A stretch of 64,000 nt of DNA from Ramazzottius varieornatus (Eukaryota > Animalia > Tardigrada): NCBI GenBank assembly GCA_001949185.1, contig BDGG01000003.1, positions 4,137,158 to 4,201,157 on the forward strand, read 5' to 3'. This document shows positions 26,767 through 38,485 of the stretch, one piece after another. The position numbers and the translations under genes are program-made. A model generated the notes under the pieces. It had not been told where the DNA came from, did not search any database, and saw nothing but the letters and a program-made list of their open reading frames with translations. The first letter of the stretch is position 1. Each line of letters opens with the position of its first letter.

Positions 26767-28789
26767 TTAAGCTCCTCGCGAAGATCGGCGATTTTCCAAA
26801 GTGGCTTTAAGGGCCGTGCCGTAATACTCTACCAATGGAGGGCCATTGTCGATAGCATACTCTATAACGAATGATGGATCCGTCTGAGAGACAAAAGACA
26901 AACGAAATGATCATTGGGGAGGAAATATACTGGTGAAATCACACCAAGGAGAATGATTACCCCTCCAACTAAATCTGGACAGTAGGTGAAACGGCCGTTG
27001 ATCTCGCTTTCGGAGTTGATGATGGGTGGATCGGGAAAACAGAAGACTGTCTGTCCGTACCGCGTTATCTGACCCGATCGTGGATCTGCAACGGAGACAA
27101 CCATCCCTTACTTAAGCGAGACGAGACTCATGAGAGAAACAATACTTTTTCTCAGCTCTACTTTACACATACCTGTTGTGAGGATGACATCGGATGGCCT
27201 GCCTCCATCAAAGATCTCAAAGTACACAACCAACCCTGTCAACGGCACTTCGTGGTGCCCAAGCTTCTTCGGGACGTGCAGGCAGAACTCTTCAGTGAAT
27301 CCGATCTCCTTTGCTTTCAGAGTTTCCAGATTATAAGTCTAGATACAACATGAAGTGTTAATAGTGAGAAGATTCGTGGGTCCCGTTAACACCAAAGTTA
27401 ACATACCCGCAAATGACCAGTTGTTGTGCAGATCGATTCAGCTTCCGCAACGTCGCCGTAGATCGGAGTCGTGAGATCGAGCGACCTCAACGAGGAAAAG
27501 TCTATGCCGCTGGCTTGCTTCCAGTCTACGAAGTACAACAAACGTGTAGAATCACTAAATCCAGTCCTATTACTACAGTAGCGCAGCAATTAAGTACCTA
27601 CATCTGGTGCTGTGGTGTGTATCGGTACTGATTCCACAAATGAACAGTCGGGCGTGTCCCGGGAAAATCGCTGGTACTTTCTGCAAAAAAAACAAAAGAT
27701 ATTTGGAAACTTTGGAGGACACCGCATTCGTTAACGATAGATTTGCGCCGTACCGTGAATTTACCGCGGGCTGTAATAATCTGCTTCAAAAGGTTCGACC
27801 GGAAGAATCCAATGCCCACCCAGTCCGACACAATCACGTCGACTTGACTGATCTCCCCGGGGAAGCTGGCACAGGTTTCCGGAGAGCCCCGCACGGGAAC
27901 AATGTCTATAAAGCTAAACTAAATTCCAATATGTCTGTCAGAAAATGACAGCAGATGCTTACTTGGATATCCACTGTCCACAGCTGTTGCGACGGTCAGA
28001 GCGGAAAAAGGCGAAGAGTCCATAGCGAGAACGGTCTGGGCTCCAAGTCCCGCACAGATGAGACTGAGCAAGCCAACTTTACAGCCCACATCCAGCACTA
28101 CCTTGCCGTGAATTTCTGCTTTGTGGGCCAAAAGAAGCTTTATGTAACCTTGGATTGTTTCAGAGTCTCGGAGAGGTTGCTGCGAAACAATTCGGATTCA
28201 GCTCGCCCGAAAGACCTGAGCACAGCCTCACGTCCGTTACAGCCTTACCAGAAAGAGCGGAAGTGGGGTCCATTCTTCGTTGCAAAGCGGGCCATTTGCG
28301 AGTTCTTCTTCGAGAACAGCATGATCAAAGATGTTTCTCAGAAGAAGCTCCGTTTCCGCCCGTTTCTGTTGTGTGCTGGCGGGCGACGGAGCAGCTTGAT
28401 GGCTGGACGAGGTCCCTGGTTCGTCTGCAATCACGGCAACGCTCACTACAGAAGTACACATGTGCGGACACCGCAATTACTCGATTCATTGCCGAACGAG
28501 ACACATAAAGCTCACCTCCGTCTCTTCCTGCAGGCTTCAGGCTCCCGACTTCAGCATGTCTGCCGGATTCCGTCAAGGCGATAGCCTCCAACCTGTTAGC
28601 TGGCAGCGTAGGCTGCAAAGACAACAGCGACGATGACTGTGCAGTGCCGGAAGTTCCTTGCCGAACAGCTCCTCTTCCACAACCAGGAACGTTTCCAGGT
28701 GGTCGGGATGGCATACTGGTGACTTCCCTCGAGGCTCGAGCCCTCTTGAGCCTTTGTAAACCACTTGCCGATTCCTCCGCCATTTTCAT
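26767..28789 (-). CDS. Highly divergent type-I PRMT-like protein (probable pseudoenzyme)
   Basis: IHGKVVLDVGCKVGLLSLICAGLGAQTVLAMDSS; VDVIVSDWVG; TRYGQTVF in place of THWKQTVF. Confidence 0.75.
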
Positions 28790-29549
28790 CCACCGCGACT
28801 GGCTTATCCGCCCAAACGGCGATCGCTGGAACTGGCCGTTGGAGCCCAACTGAATAACTTTGCTGCTACCGTGGACTCCGAACTCCTGAAAAACCTCAGA
28901 CGGTAAAGTTTAATGAAGTCAGAGGAAGAACCCTGGACTGCTAGCCTGGGACAGAACCACAAAAGGTTCTAATTTCTAAAATTCAAATCTAATCTCAAAA
29001 CAAAAACCACAAGTCCACAACAAAGGCTCATCACTGGGTATTCCCGGCGGCCTGGGCCTGCGCACAAATCACAGCGTCACCAGGTTTCCAGCAAGACCGG
29101 TTACCAGTCCGGGAGTCCCGAGGCCAACGTTTTTGGCAAGTTTGTTTGAATTTTTGGAAAGCCCCCGGGGGCCATGAGGACTGCCAGGGGTGATCCGGAA
29201 ATTTCGAAGCAGTTAATGGCGCAATTAACGTTTCTTCCCTTTTGTTTCACTCTACTAACGCTTGCAGCATCTTTCGTCCCAACCTGTTTCTTTGTAGCAC
29301 AACACGGAGGTCTTTGACACTTGTGGAAGGTCGGCTACAGTGTACGGGATTGCGAATAGGGTGAGTTCTTGGAAACTGCTGTGGGTTGAGACATTGTCCC
29401 TAACAACACATTATCGATCTAGATATTCAACGTTTTCTTGCTATACCAACGTCCACCGCTGGCAAACGATTCCATCCTGGTTTCCTCGTTCGGTCCCGTC
29501 GCGTCAGACAGGCAGTCTTCTTACATGATCACGGACTTCGGGAGTGAAT

Positions 29550-30693
29550 ATGGTTCTTCTGGAAGCCATGGCGGTCGCCTGCAACCTGTTAACCTTCTGT
29601 GGACGAATGATTTTCATGTCCACTCTCACCGTTTCTCTTCTTCTGTTCGAAGGGATGAAACTAACGATGATGCTCCTCTCAAGCGTCTATTCGTACTTCA
29701 ACGTCTTCCTCTGCGGTTTCGCCCTATTTCTGTTGGATGCTTGGGGTTTTCTGACGCCCCTCATGACCGAAGCCGCTGTCCAGCTAGGTAGCTTCATGGA
29801 AGTTGCCCTCTGTGCAGCCCTAGACTATACCGTGATGGTCTGGACATCGCCGTCATCTGTGCACTTTCGAGAGAACAGCATCTCTTTGATACAAGACGGC
29901 ATCGAAACAGCGATTAACATAGCTTTGAAGAAGCCACTGTTTTCGGTCCAGGTTGTCTTGAGCGTCGTCTGGATCGTGCTATTTGTCAATTACAGAAAGC
30001 TGTTGGTCGATTACTTGTGTGATATTACACGCTTGCTATTGAATCGTATGAAGATGGGCTTCATGAAAGTAATTCGGCATTTGTGGGAGATCGGTCTCTT
30101 CTTGTTGTATCCATTCCGAAGAGTCGTCGATGCCTTCGTTTTTTTTCAACAAAGCTGGGGTAATACTTGTAGAAACTCGACGTGTTCCTCTTCCCAACTG
30201 GCGCAATATTTCAGTGTTATGGGCCGGAAGCGTGCGCCGCTTGGAAAGCCGGTCGTGGAGTTCGCTCAGCTCAGATATCTTTCCTGACTACGTTCACGAA
30301 GCTTTGCCTACAGATTAACTGTTTTCCTTTGCAGGCAATTTGAGGCGTTCGGAACCAGTCGTGTCGCGCCAAGAACGTGCTACGGACCACATTGACGACC
30401 GCATAACTCCGGATCTCGATAGAAGATCGACGTCAAGGTTTCGCGACCAGCGGAAAAGCAAGTCGGTGGACAAGGACTACGCAGCTTTGGTTCGGGACCT
30501 ACGCAGTCAGCTAGAGGAAGAACGACTTCTCAAATTATGTGTGATCTGTCACAGCAATGAGCGAGTGTTCATGTGCGAACCTTGCCATCACGTTTGCCTC
30601 TGCAGCGAATGCGTTGTTCTTCTGCCCAGCGCAGTGAAGACTTGCCCGATTTGTAGAGCGGAATGCCGATCTACTGTGAAAGTTTTCCTGTAA
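29550..30693 (+). CDS. RNF26: RNF26-like membrane-anchored RING E3 ligase
   Basis: Multi-TM N-terminus and a C-terminal RING (CVICHSNERVFMCEPCHHVCLCSEC..CPICR). Intron at ~30160-30334. Confidence 0.7.
30169..30268. repeat. Intronic palindrome family (RNF26 intron)
   Basis: Core with 25-nt spacer. Confidence 0.85.
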
Positions 30694-30745
30694 ACTGATC
30701 TCCATAACGAGACTTCGCAGAAGAGGCGGAACACAATATGTTTTT

Positions 30746-30822
30746 CTTCCAGAGCCAAAGAATGTTTTAGTTCCGAGCAAACTTCCAGAGCCAAAGAATG
30801 TTTTAGTTCCGAGCAAACTTCC
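30746..30822. repeat. Perfect 36-bp tandem duplication (2.1 copies)
   Basis: cttccagagccaaagaatgttttagttccgagcaaa x2 followed by cttcc. Confidence 0.95.
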
Positions 30823-31075
30823 TGAACTTGTTGTTGCACTAGCGCAGCCTGTTTTATTTTTTTATCCAAGAAGAATTCTGCACATAATTGTTTCCCGTGG
30901 AATCTAGAAGCGACGTCTCGTGATAAATCAAAACGAAAGTGCGTTGACAGAGCGAATGCGGGTATAGCCGGAAGTCTACTTTGTACGGAACTTTATATTA
31001 TCTTATCAGGACGAGCAAAGCGAGTCCTTTATAGGTCTATGGAAAAAATGTGCGTCGCAAATGGCGCAGCTTTCT

Positions 31076-31587
31076 AATACTGTATTCCCCCGATATCTCC
31101 GCGAAGCCTGATACTCATGGCGCCACCTACGAACGTACATGACGTACCGCGAATAGGCGCGTATGTATGGATGACGTACCTCCTGTAGGTGGCGCCACGA
31201 CTAACGAGGTTCGCGAAGATGTCGAGGGAAAACAGTATCGCAAACTCCGTTATGTAAAACGATGCGCGAGTTGACCGGGGTGGCAAAAACTTTTTATTCT
31301 CAATCCGTATCAAACCCCATACGACTGTCACGATGGAGCACTGAAAAAAACATCTGACCACTAGAAAAACTTTACCCGTTTTCAAAAGTGTTCCGCAAAA
31401 AACATTGGTAACAATAGGGGAAGGGGAAGGTGGAAGGGGGAAGGAGGAAGGAGGAAGGGGGAAGGAGGAAGGGGGAAGGGGGTTCAGTGGTCAGAAGACC
31501 CTGACCCGTTAATCCTCCTCATTTGTTTTATCTTTTGTTTTTAAGGCATTTGCTCGGCCTGCCCAGTGGTCAGGACCACTAGCTAGT
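31076..31587. mobile_element. Putative non-autonomous Helitron/Helentron-like element
   Basis: Long fold-back at 31076-31238 with a perfect tggcgccacctac/gtaggtggcgcca pair; inverted pair tctgaccact/agtggtcaga; (GGGGAA/GGAGGAA)n tract at 31417-31482; terminal palindrome agtggtcaggaccact followed by CTAG-T. Confidence 0.35.
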
Positions 31588-31742
31588 TCTCACGCGTTCA
31601 CATATCGACTGACAAAAGTATTGATAAATCTTATACTTGTTATCATATTTACACTCGTAGATGATTTTCCCGTTTCAAGAACCAACTGAAAGTTCATGGA
31701 CAGGCATAAATAAAAATAAATCGGTGACTTAATATATTTCTA

Positions 31743-33698
31743 TTACTGTGCAATCGCTACTCTGTCAGTGCCTTTCTTTTCCGACGCAGTTTTCTTGTTC
31801 TTTGCCGCGAATTGCGCCATCCGTTCTTCGATAACCGGTCTGAAGTGCCTGATGAGACCCTGAACTGGCCATGCAGCTGCGTCGCCCAGAGCACAGATGG
31901 TGTGTCCCTCAATCTGCTTACTAAGTTCCCAAATCATGTCGATCTCCTCTGGTCTAGCATTACCTTCCACGAACCTCCACATAATCTTATTCAACCAGCC
32001 ACACCCTTCTCGGCAGGGTGTGCACTGTCCGCAGCTCTCGTGCTTGTAGAACTCTGACAGACGCGCAATGCACTTGATGATGTCTGCCTGCTTATTCATC
32101 ACAATGATGGCAGCGGTTCCTAGACCCGACTGAACTGCTTGAAGAGCGTCGAAGTCCATCAGGACTGTCTCGCAGATGGATTTGGGTAGAACGGGTACGG
32201 AGGATCCACCGGGGATGATACCGAGTAGGTTATCCCATCCACCGATCACACCTGGGAAAAATGAACGCAGAACACAGATGCAAGCGCGGCAAACAAACTC
32301 GACATTACTGTTTGTGTTCCCAGTTGTCCCAATTCCCAGTGGCGCACCATTTCAGTGTTACTGGCTGACAGCGTGCACCACTTGGGAAAAAAGTCTTTGA
32401 CAGTTTTTTTGTCTAAGCCCCAGATGAGAACAAACTCGAATATCTTTGAATGTTACCTCCGGCATGCCTTTCGATCAGTTCTTTCAAAGGTATGGACATT
32501 TCTTCCTCGACGGTCACTGGCGTGTTTACATGACCGGAAATGCAGAAGAGCTTGGTTCCGCTGTTGCGTTCTCGACCAAAGGAGTGAAACCAGTCTCCGC
32601 CGCGTCGGCAGATTGCAGGAGCGACTGCAACCGTCTCGACGTTGGCGACCGTGGTGGGACACCCGAAGACCCCAATGTCAGCGGGGAACGGGGGCTTCAG
32701 CCGAGGTTTTCCTTGTTTGCCTTCAAGTGATTCAATCAGGGCTGTTTCTTCTCCGCAGATGTATGCTCCAGCTCCACGGAAAACGAAGACGTCGAAATCA
32801 TACCCTGAACCACATGCGTTCTCTCCGATAAGACCTGCTTTGTAGGCTTCGTTCACGGCAATCTGCAAGATGGAAAACAGTAAACACTATTCACGCAACA
32901 GATCTCTACGGCCATGTGGCAAGAGGGATGAATCGGCCACCACAACAGTCAGCCGATGTGACGCCACCATATGTGGAATGTGAAGGGTGGCCGACTCATT
33001 GGCTACCACCTCCGATTCCCAAATTACGGATTTGCAACAGCAACATACCGTAAGTAATGGTCTGAACGGATAGAGTGTTCATCCCCGTTCTTCTAACTTA
33101 TGTTCTGTAAGTATAGTTAGTATACCTGCAGGTTCACAGCCTCGTTGTAAAATTCTCCGCGGATGTAAATGTAGGCAGCGCGAGCATGCATAGCTCGGCC
33201 AGCAATCAAGCAACCTTCCACCAGTTTGTGGGGATCATGGCGCATAATCTCGCGATCCTTGCATGTTCCAGGCTCTCCTTCGTCCGCGTTGACGACTAGG
33301 TATTTTGGCCGTCCATCACTAGGCTTGTTCATGAAGGACCATTTCATCCCTGACGGGAATCCAGCACCACCTCGGCCACGGAGTCCAGACTTCTTCACTT
33401 CGCTAAGGATCCACTCGTGGCCTTTCAGGAGAATTTCCTTGGTCTTGTACCAGTCTCCTCGGGCCATAGCGCCCTTCAGCTTCCAGTCATGACGTCCATA
33501 AAGGTTTGTGAATATGCGATCTTGATCCTTCAGAGGTCCGAACTTTGTTTTTTGGGGCTTGGCATCCTTGGGAGGAGTCGCTGCTTGAGTGGCTTGATGA
33601 CGGACGGCAACCAAGCCTTCTTGTAGGCATCCAGTGCTGGCGATGGGCGATGTTGATCCATTCAGACAAGCATGTAAACGTGAGGCGTTCCGCAGCAT
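31743..33698 (-). CDS. NDUFV1: NADH:ubiquinone oxidoreductase 51-kDa flavoprotein subunit
   Basis: [19 protein letters not shown]; [14 protein letters not shown]; [13 protein letters not shown]; [12 protein letters not shown]. Three coding exons. Confidence 0.98.
32288..32414. repeat. Intronic palindrome family (NDUFV1 intron)
   Basis: Left arm has an insertion; spacer is consensus. Confidence 0.9.
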
Positions 33699-34171
33699 CT
33701 TGATTCTGGTGACTGCAGGGGACGGGGAAGATATTCCAGAGGGCTATGGAAAGATTTCCGAGTGGGATTTTCTGCTATCCATAAGGCGCAAGCTGAGCTG
33801 TTTAGTGTTTACCTCACCAGAGTGGTGACATCACTTACGACGCCTGGATTGACGTATTTTGGCAGAGCGAACCATTCAATGGCATTCGTCTCTTGCAGCT
33901 CCAATGGTAACTGTTGGGCCGTGCGGCGCGATAAGATCGAAGGCTTGACAATACGTCACTTTTTCGTCATCATGTTGTAGCTTTGGACTAGTAGCAATTT
34001 TCAAGTTTCAACTGTCTTCGAAATGTATACAGTTTAATGAAATTTCGCAAAGTCCCTTTCTGGAATCCGCTTCTTGCCGTGTCTGCCTGGACCAAATCCG
34101 CAAGCGTTCTTTCGTCGGTACCACTGTGATATCATCGAACAAGGAATACAGACGGGACAGAGCCGTGGAAC
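33699..34171. promoter_or_regulatory. Probable bidirectional promoter / 5' UTRs between NDUFV1 and DDX1
   Basis: The two start codons are head-to-head, ~470 bp apart. Confidence 0.55.
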
Positions 34172-37100
34172 ATGGCCGCTTTCGAAGGTACGTGTATATG
34201 GTAAAATTGATCACTTCCGGCTATCATGAAGTCGGCCATTCCGTTTCGAATGTCGTACCTACGGACGTTGCTTTCTTTCTCACAGAAATGGGAGTCCTTC
34301 CGGAGCTGTCGAAGGCTATCGAAGAAATGGAATGGAAGTTCGTGAGACCCCAATCGCTTACCGTGTCTTACCGTCTCAACCTGAAAGCATATAAGCCTAA
34401 TCTATCCGTCTTGATGTTGTAGCTTACCGACTGACATTCAGCAAGATGCTATTCCCGGCATTCTAGGAGGGGGAGATGTCATCATGGTATGCCATACACA
34501 AGACCGGATAATGATTTAGCTTTATATGGGTTTATCCAGATTACCTTCTGCTAATGAAAACGAATTTTTCCCACAGGCAGCGGAAACGGGAAGTGGCAAA
34601 ACCGGTGCTTTCTGCTTACCCACCTTGCAGATCGTATGGGAAACGATTCGAGATGCACAGATGGGAAAGCCGAGTGCTACGGCGGGCCAGCAGCCATCGT
34701 CCAATGGTGCGGGAACGTTTCTGGTGTTTCGATATTGAGCACAGATTCATGAAATATTTCACTTCCATGTGTAATAATTAATGTTGTGGAATTACAGTGC
34801 GTAATATTGCTGCTTTTTGATTTTAGCTTCGAATAAATGGAGCTTAAATATGTTCGATCGAGATCCTCAGCTTGGTAAGTATGAATGAGAGAGCATCCCG
34901 GATGGCCTGATCGGGCAGTGAATTTTCTTATCAATTTGATTCTCGTTTTCAGCCATCGACCCGCAAGGAACAACTTGCCAAAGTCGGAACCAGCAGGCGT
35001 GGCAAGGCTGCCGAGCGAACAGAGGAGTCATTGATGGAGGTATGATGATCATATCGAATCATATTGACGTTGCAAGATTCCATCAGTTAACCAAGGCTCC
35101 AGACGGTTTAGAAGTCTCATTTGTGACTTTCGATGTGAGTAGGGAAGTACTACTACGAATCCACGGTTACCGACGAAGGTCTTTGTCGTGTTGGCTGGTC
35201 AACCGCAAACGCCTCTCTCGATTTGGGTACAGATCAGTGGGGATACGGATATGGTGGGACCGGCAAGAAGTCTTTCAACAAACAGTTTGACACGTTTGGA
35301 GAGGTGAAGGCAAAGAACAGTTTCTACTGCGTGATGGAAATACTTGCAGGAGCGATGATCGTAAGTCTTTTCGTTGTCGAGGTCGTTCTGACATCTTCTG
35401 TACTGGCAGGCATACGGTAAGAACGATGTTATTGGCTGCTTCGTGGATTTGGACAAAGGCATGGTCAGGTTCGCGAAGAACGGCACTGACTACGGAGTGG
35501 CGTTCGCCATGAACCCACAAATGCGTAACATGCCAGTCTTCCCGGCGATTGTCCTCAAGAACGCTGAAATGCACTTCAACTTTGGTGACGAACCTATGAA
35601 GTTCCCACCGGGAGTACGTTCTTTCTGTTTTTGCTAGATGGGACTCCGACAAGTGAGTTCGTTCAGATAGTGATCTCAAGTGGCGCACGCTATCATTGCT
35701 GTTGGATGAGAGTGTGTGCCACTTTGGCAAACGATCTGGATGAGTTCATTTGTCGACATGCCAGGTTACGGTCGGCCGGTCGCTGATTTCTCTTGTCCTT
35801 AACAACTTACGGGTTTTGCAGGATGGCTGGGTTCCATTAAGCAAAGCGTCACCTGAGCACGTTATAGTTTCGCAAGCCAATGCGAATGCTCATGCGGCCA
35901 GGATCCAGCAACAGCCCAAAGGACCGCAGCCTAATGCTCCGATGTGCATCATCATCGAGCCAACACGCGAACTCGCCGAGCAGGTCCGCCTGACATATTT
36001 CACCAGCGTCCATATTCACAAGACGATATGCTGTTGACTACTCTTTCTATTCCGTAGGCATGTACCGAAATTACCCGATTCAAGAAATATTTGGTCAACC
36101 CATCCATCCGAGAGTACGTGCTGGTCGGAGGAGTGAATGCTCGTGACCAGCTGGACGCATTGTCCAAAGGGGTAAAGTCGATTACGTTTCTCGGCCTAAC
36201 CAGAATCGAAAATGCTGCAATCTTTTTGAAATACCGAGTGAATGAGGGAACTTAGAGTGAGTTCGAATGTTCTTTTTGTTAGGTGGATATCGTCGTGGGG
36301 ACTCCCGGTCGACTCGACGACTTGGTCTCTTCCGGGGAATTGTCGTTGCAAAACGTGCGGTTCTTCGTTCTAGACGAAGCCGATGGCTTGATCTCCCAAG
36401 GCCACTTGAATCTCATTGAACGGTTCCACGCCAAGATCCCGAAAGTGGGAGCTGATGGAAAACGGCTGCAGATGATCGTGTGCTCGGCGACCTTGCACAA
36501 CCAGGACATTAAACGGATGGCGGTAAGTCTTTCGTATGAACTCCAATGAGCTGACATGGTAGTCTAAGACGAAGTATTGTGTTTCTTACAGGACAAGTTG
36601 ATGCACTTCCCATCTTGGCTAGATTTGAAAGGCCAAGACAGTGTTCCCGATACAGTCCACCACGTGGTCGTCCTCGTAGATCCTCGTACCGATCAGAGCT
36701 GGAAAAACTTGAACGTTTGCATAAGAACTGACGGAGTTCACTCCAACGATAACATCAATTTCCAGAACCCGAACCAAGGTGAGGTTGATTCCTTTTCAAG
36801 TCTGCGAAGTCTTGTTTCAGAGTAATGCTGTGTAGAAACAATGTCCGAGGCGGTGAAGGTTCTTAAAGGGGAGTACGTCCTGGCAGCCATCAAGAAGTTC
36901 AACATGGATAGATGCCTCATCTTCTGCCGAACCAAGATCGACTGTGATAATCTGGAGCAGTACATGAACGCGATGGCCCGAAACTTCCAGCAGCCGATCT
37001 CGGTTGTCTGCCTGCATGGCGACCGGACGCCGGAAGAGCGCAAAGCCAATTTGCAAGCCTTCAAGGCCGGGAAAGCCAACTTCCTCATCTGCACCGACGT

Positions 37101-38196
37101 CGCTGCTCGTGGTCTCGACATCGTAAGAAGCTTTTTGATAGTCTTTGGGAGCTCGTCAAACAGAGTCGGCAAGATTGTTTTCCTAAGTGGCGCAGTTTGT
37201 CAGTGTCATTGGCCTCAGACGTGCGCCACCGTTAAACGATTCGGGGTGTTCCCGAAGTGGCGCACGTGTTCCGTTTTTCAGACTGAAGCGTGCGTCGCTT
37301 GAAAAAACAACGCTCTTGTCGAGTTTCCTTGCCAAACTTCGCCATTTAGCTTGTGTTGGTAAAGAGATTTCTCATTTTGGCGATGCTGTAGGTGGGAATG
37401 CCATTCGTGATCAACGCGACGTTGCCAGATGAGGTCCCGAACTACATTCATCGTATCGGTCGTGTGGGTCGTGCTGACCGAATGGGTTTGGCGATTTCTT
37501 TGGTGGCGACTGTGCAGGAGAAGGTGTGGTATCACACATGTGGTAGTCGCGGACAGAATTGCCATAACACAAAGCTGGTGGACCAGAAGGGTTGCTGCAT
37601 CTGGTATAATGAGCAGCAGTTGTTGGGTGATATCGAAGAACACTTGGGTGTGACCATTTCTCAGGTCGACAAGAGTATGAATGTCCCGGTGGACGAGTTC
37701 GAAGGTCATGTTGTGTACGGTGAAAAGCGAAAACAGACCGGTACGTTTCCTTCTCGTCAATCTTTGGTTAATTTTGATAGTTCGGTATACCGGGAGGTGA
37801 AAACCTCGTCTTCCGAGCACCTGCATACAGTCTATCGTGTATTCTTAAGGCCAAGTACGTCTGCAGGTGCTTGAAATTTTGATAGAGAATTGCGTTGTGG
37901 ACCTGCATACTGCTTTGCCTTACGCTTATTGTGGTATTGATATATGAGTATGTGGGTCAGTGCAACTGGGCCTGCCTTTCTTCCATAGTTGTCCGCTCGG
38001 CATTCGGAAATGTGTTGAGTGTTGAATTCAGACATGTCATCAGAAAGTTCATTCACAGCTTTGGTTTCCTGCAGGTACTGGTTACAAGGATCACGTGGAT
38101 CTGCTCCAAGCTACAGTTGGTGAATTAGCTAATCTGGAGAAGCGTGCACAGACGTCTTTCTTGCAGATGCGATATGTTCTTCCTCCGGTTTCTTAG
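34172..38196 (+). CDS. DDX1: DEAD-box RNA helicase DDX1 (with SPRY insertion)
   Basis: MAAFE|EMGVLPEL; [11 protein letters not shown]; SPRY exons (GYGGTGKKS); PTRELAEQ; DEAD; SAT; [21 protein letters not shown]. Confidence 0.97.
35647..35755. repeat. Intronic palindrome family, variant outer arm (DDX1 intron)
   Basis: 22-bp outer stem with 5 G.U pairs. Confidence 0.92.
37155..37333. repeat. Intronic palindrome family, double core (DDX1 intron)
   Basis: Two cores inside one outer stem. Confidence 0.9.
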
Positions 38197-38485
38197 CTTC
38201 TTTTCTTAGTTTTGTCCCTTTTCTATTTGCTTCACAAGAACCGGTTGACTTCCGGTGGTGTCTAACAGAACGATGTTGTAACGTTCAAACTTTTCGAATC
38301 GGAATCCAGACTTTAAAACTGAAAACGTGAACAAGCATTCGAGGTAGTTTGCATTCGAGGTAGGACGTAAGAAAGATGTTCTCTATCACGAGAACAATAC
38401 GTATTTGCGGAGTATCACAGGAGGCCGATGTAACAAGTTACAGAGCATAGTCTTTGGAAGAGTTGGTCAAGGAACGAATCTAGCT

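Noticed and set aside
28860-29200. GC-rich short palindromes between the PRMT-like gene and RNF26
   Set aside because: No clear termini or second copy; compatible with ordinary divergent promoter sequence.
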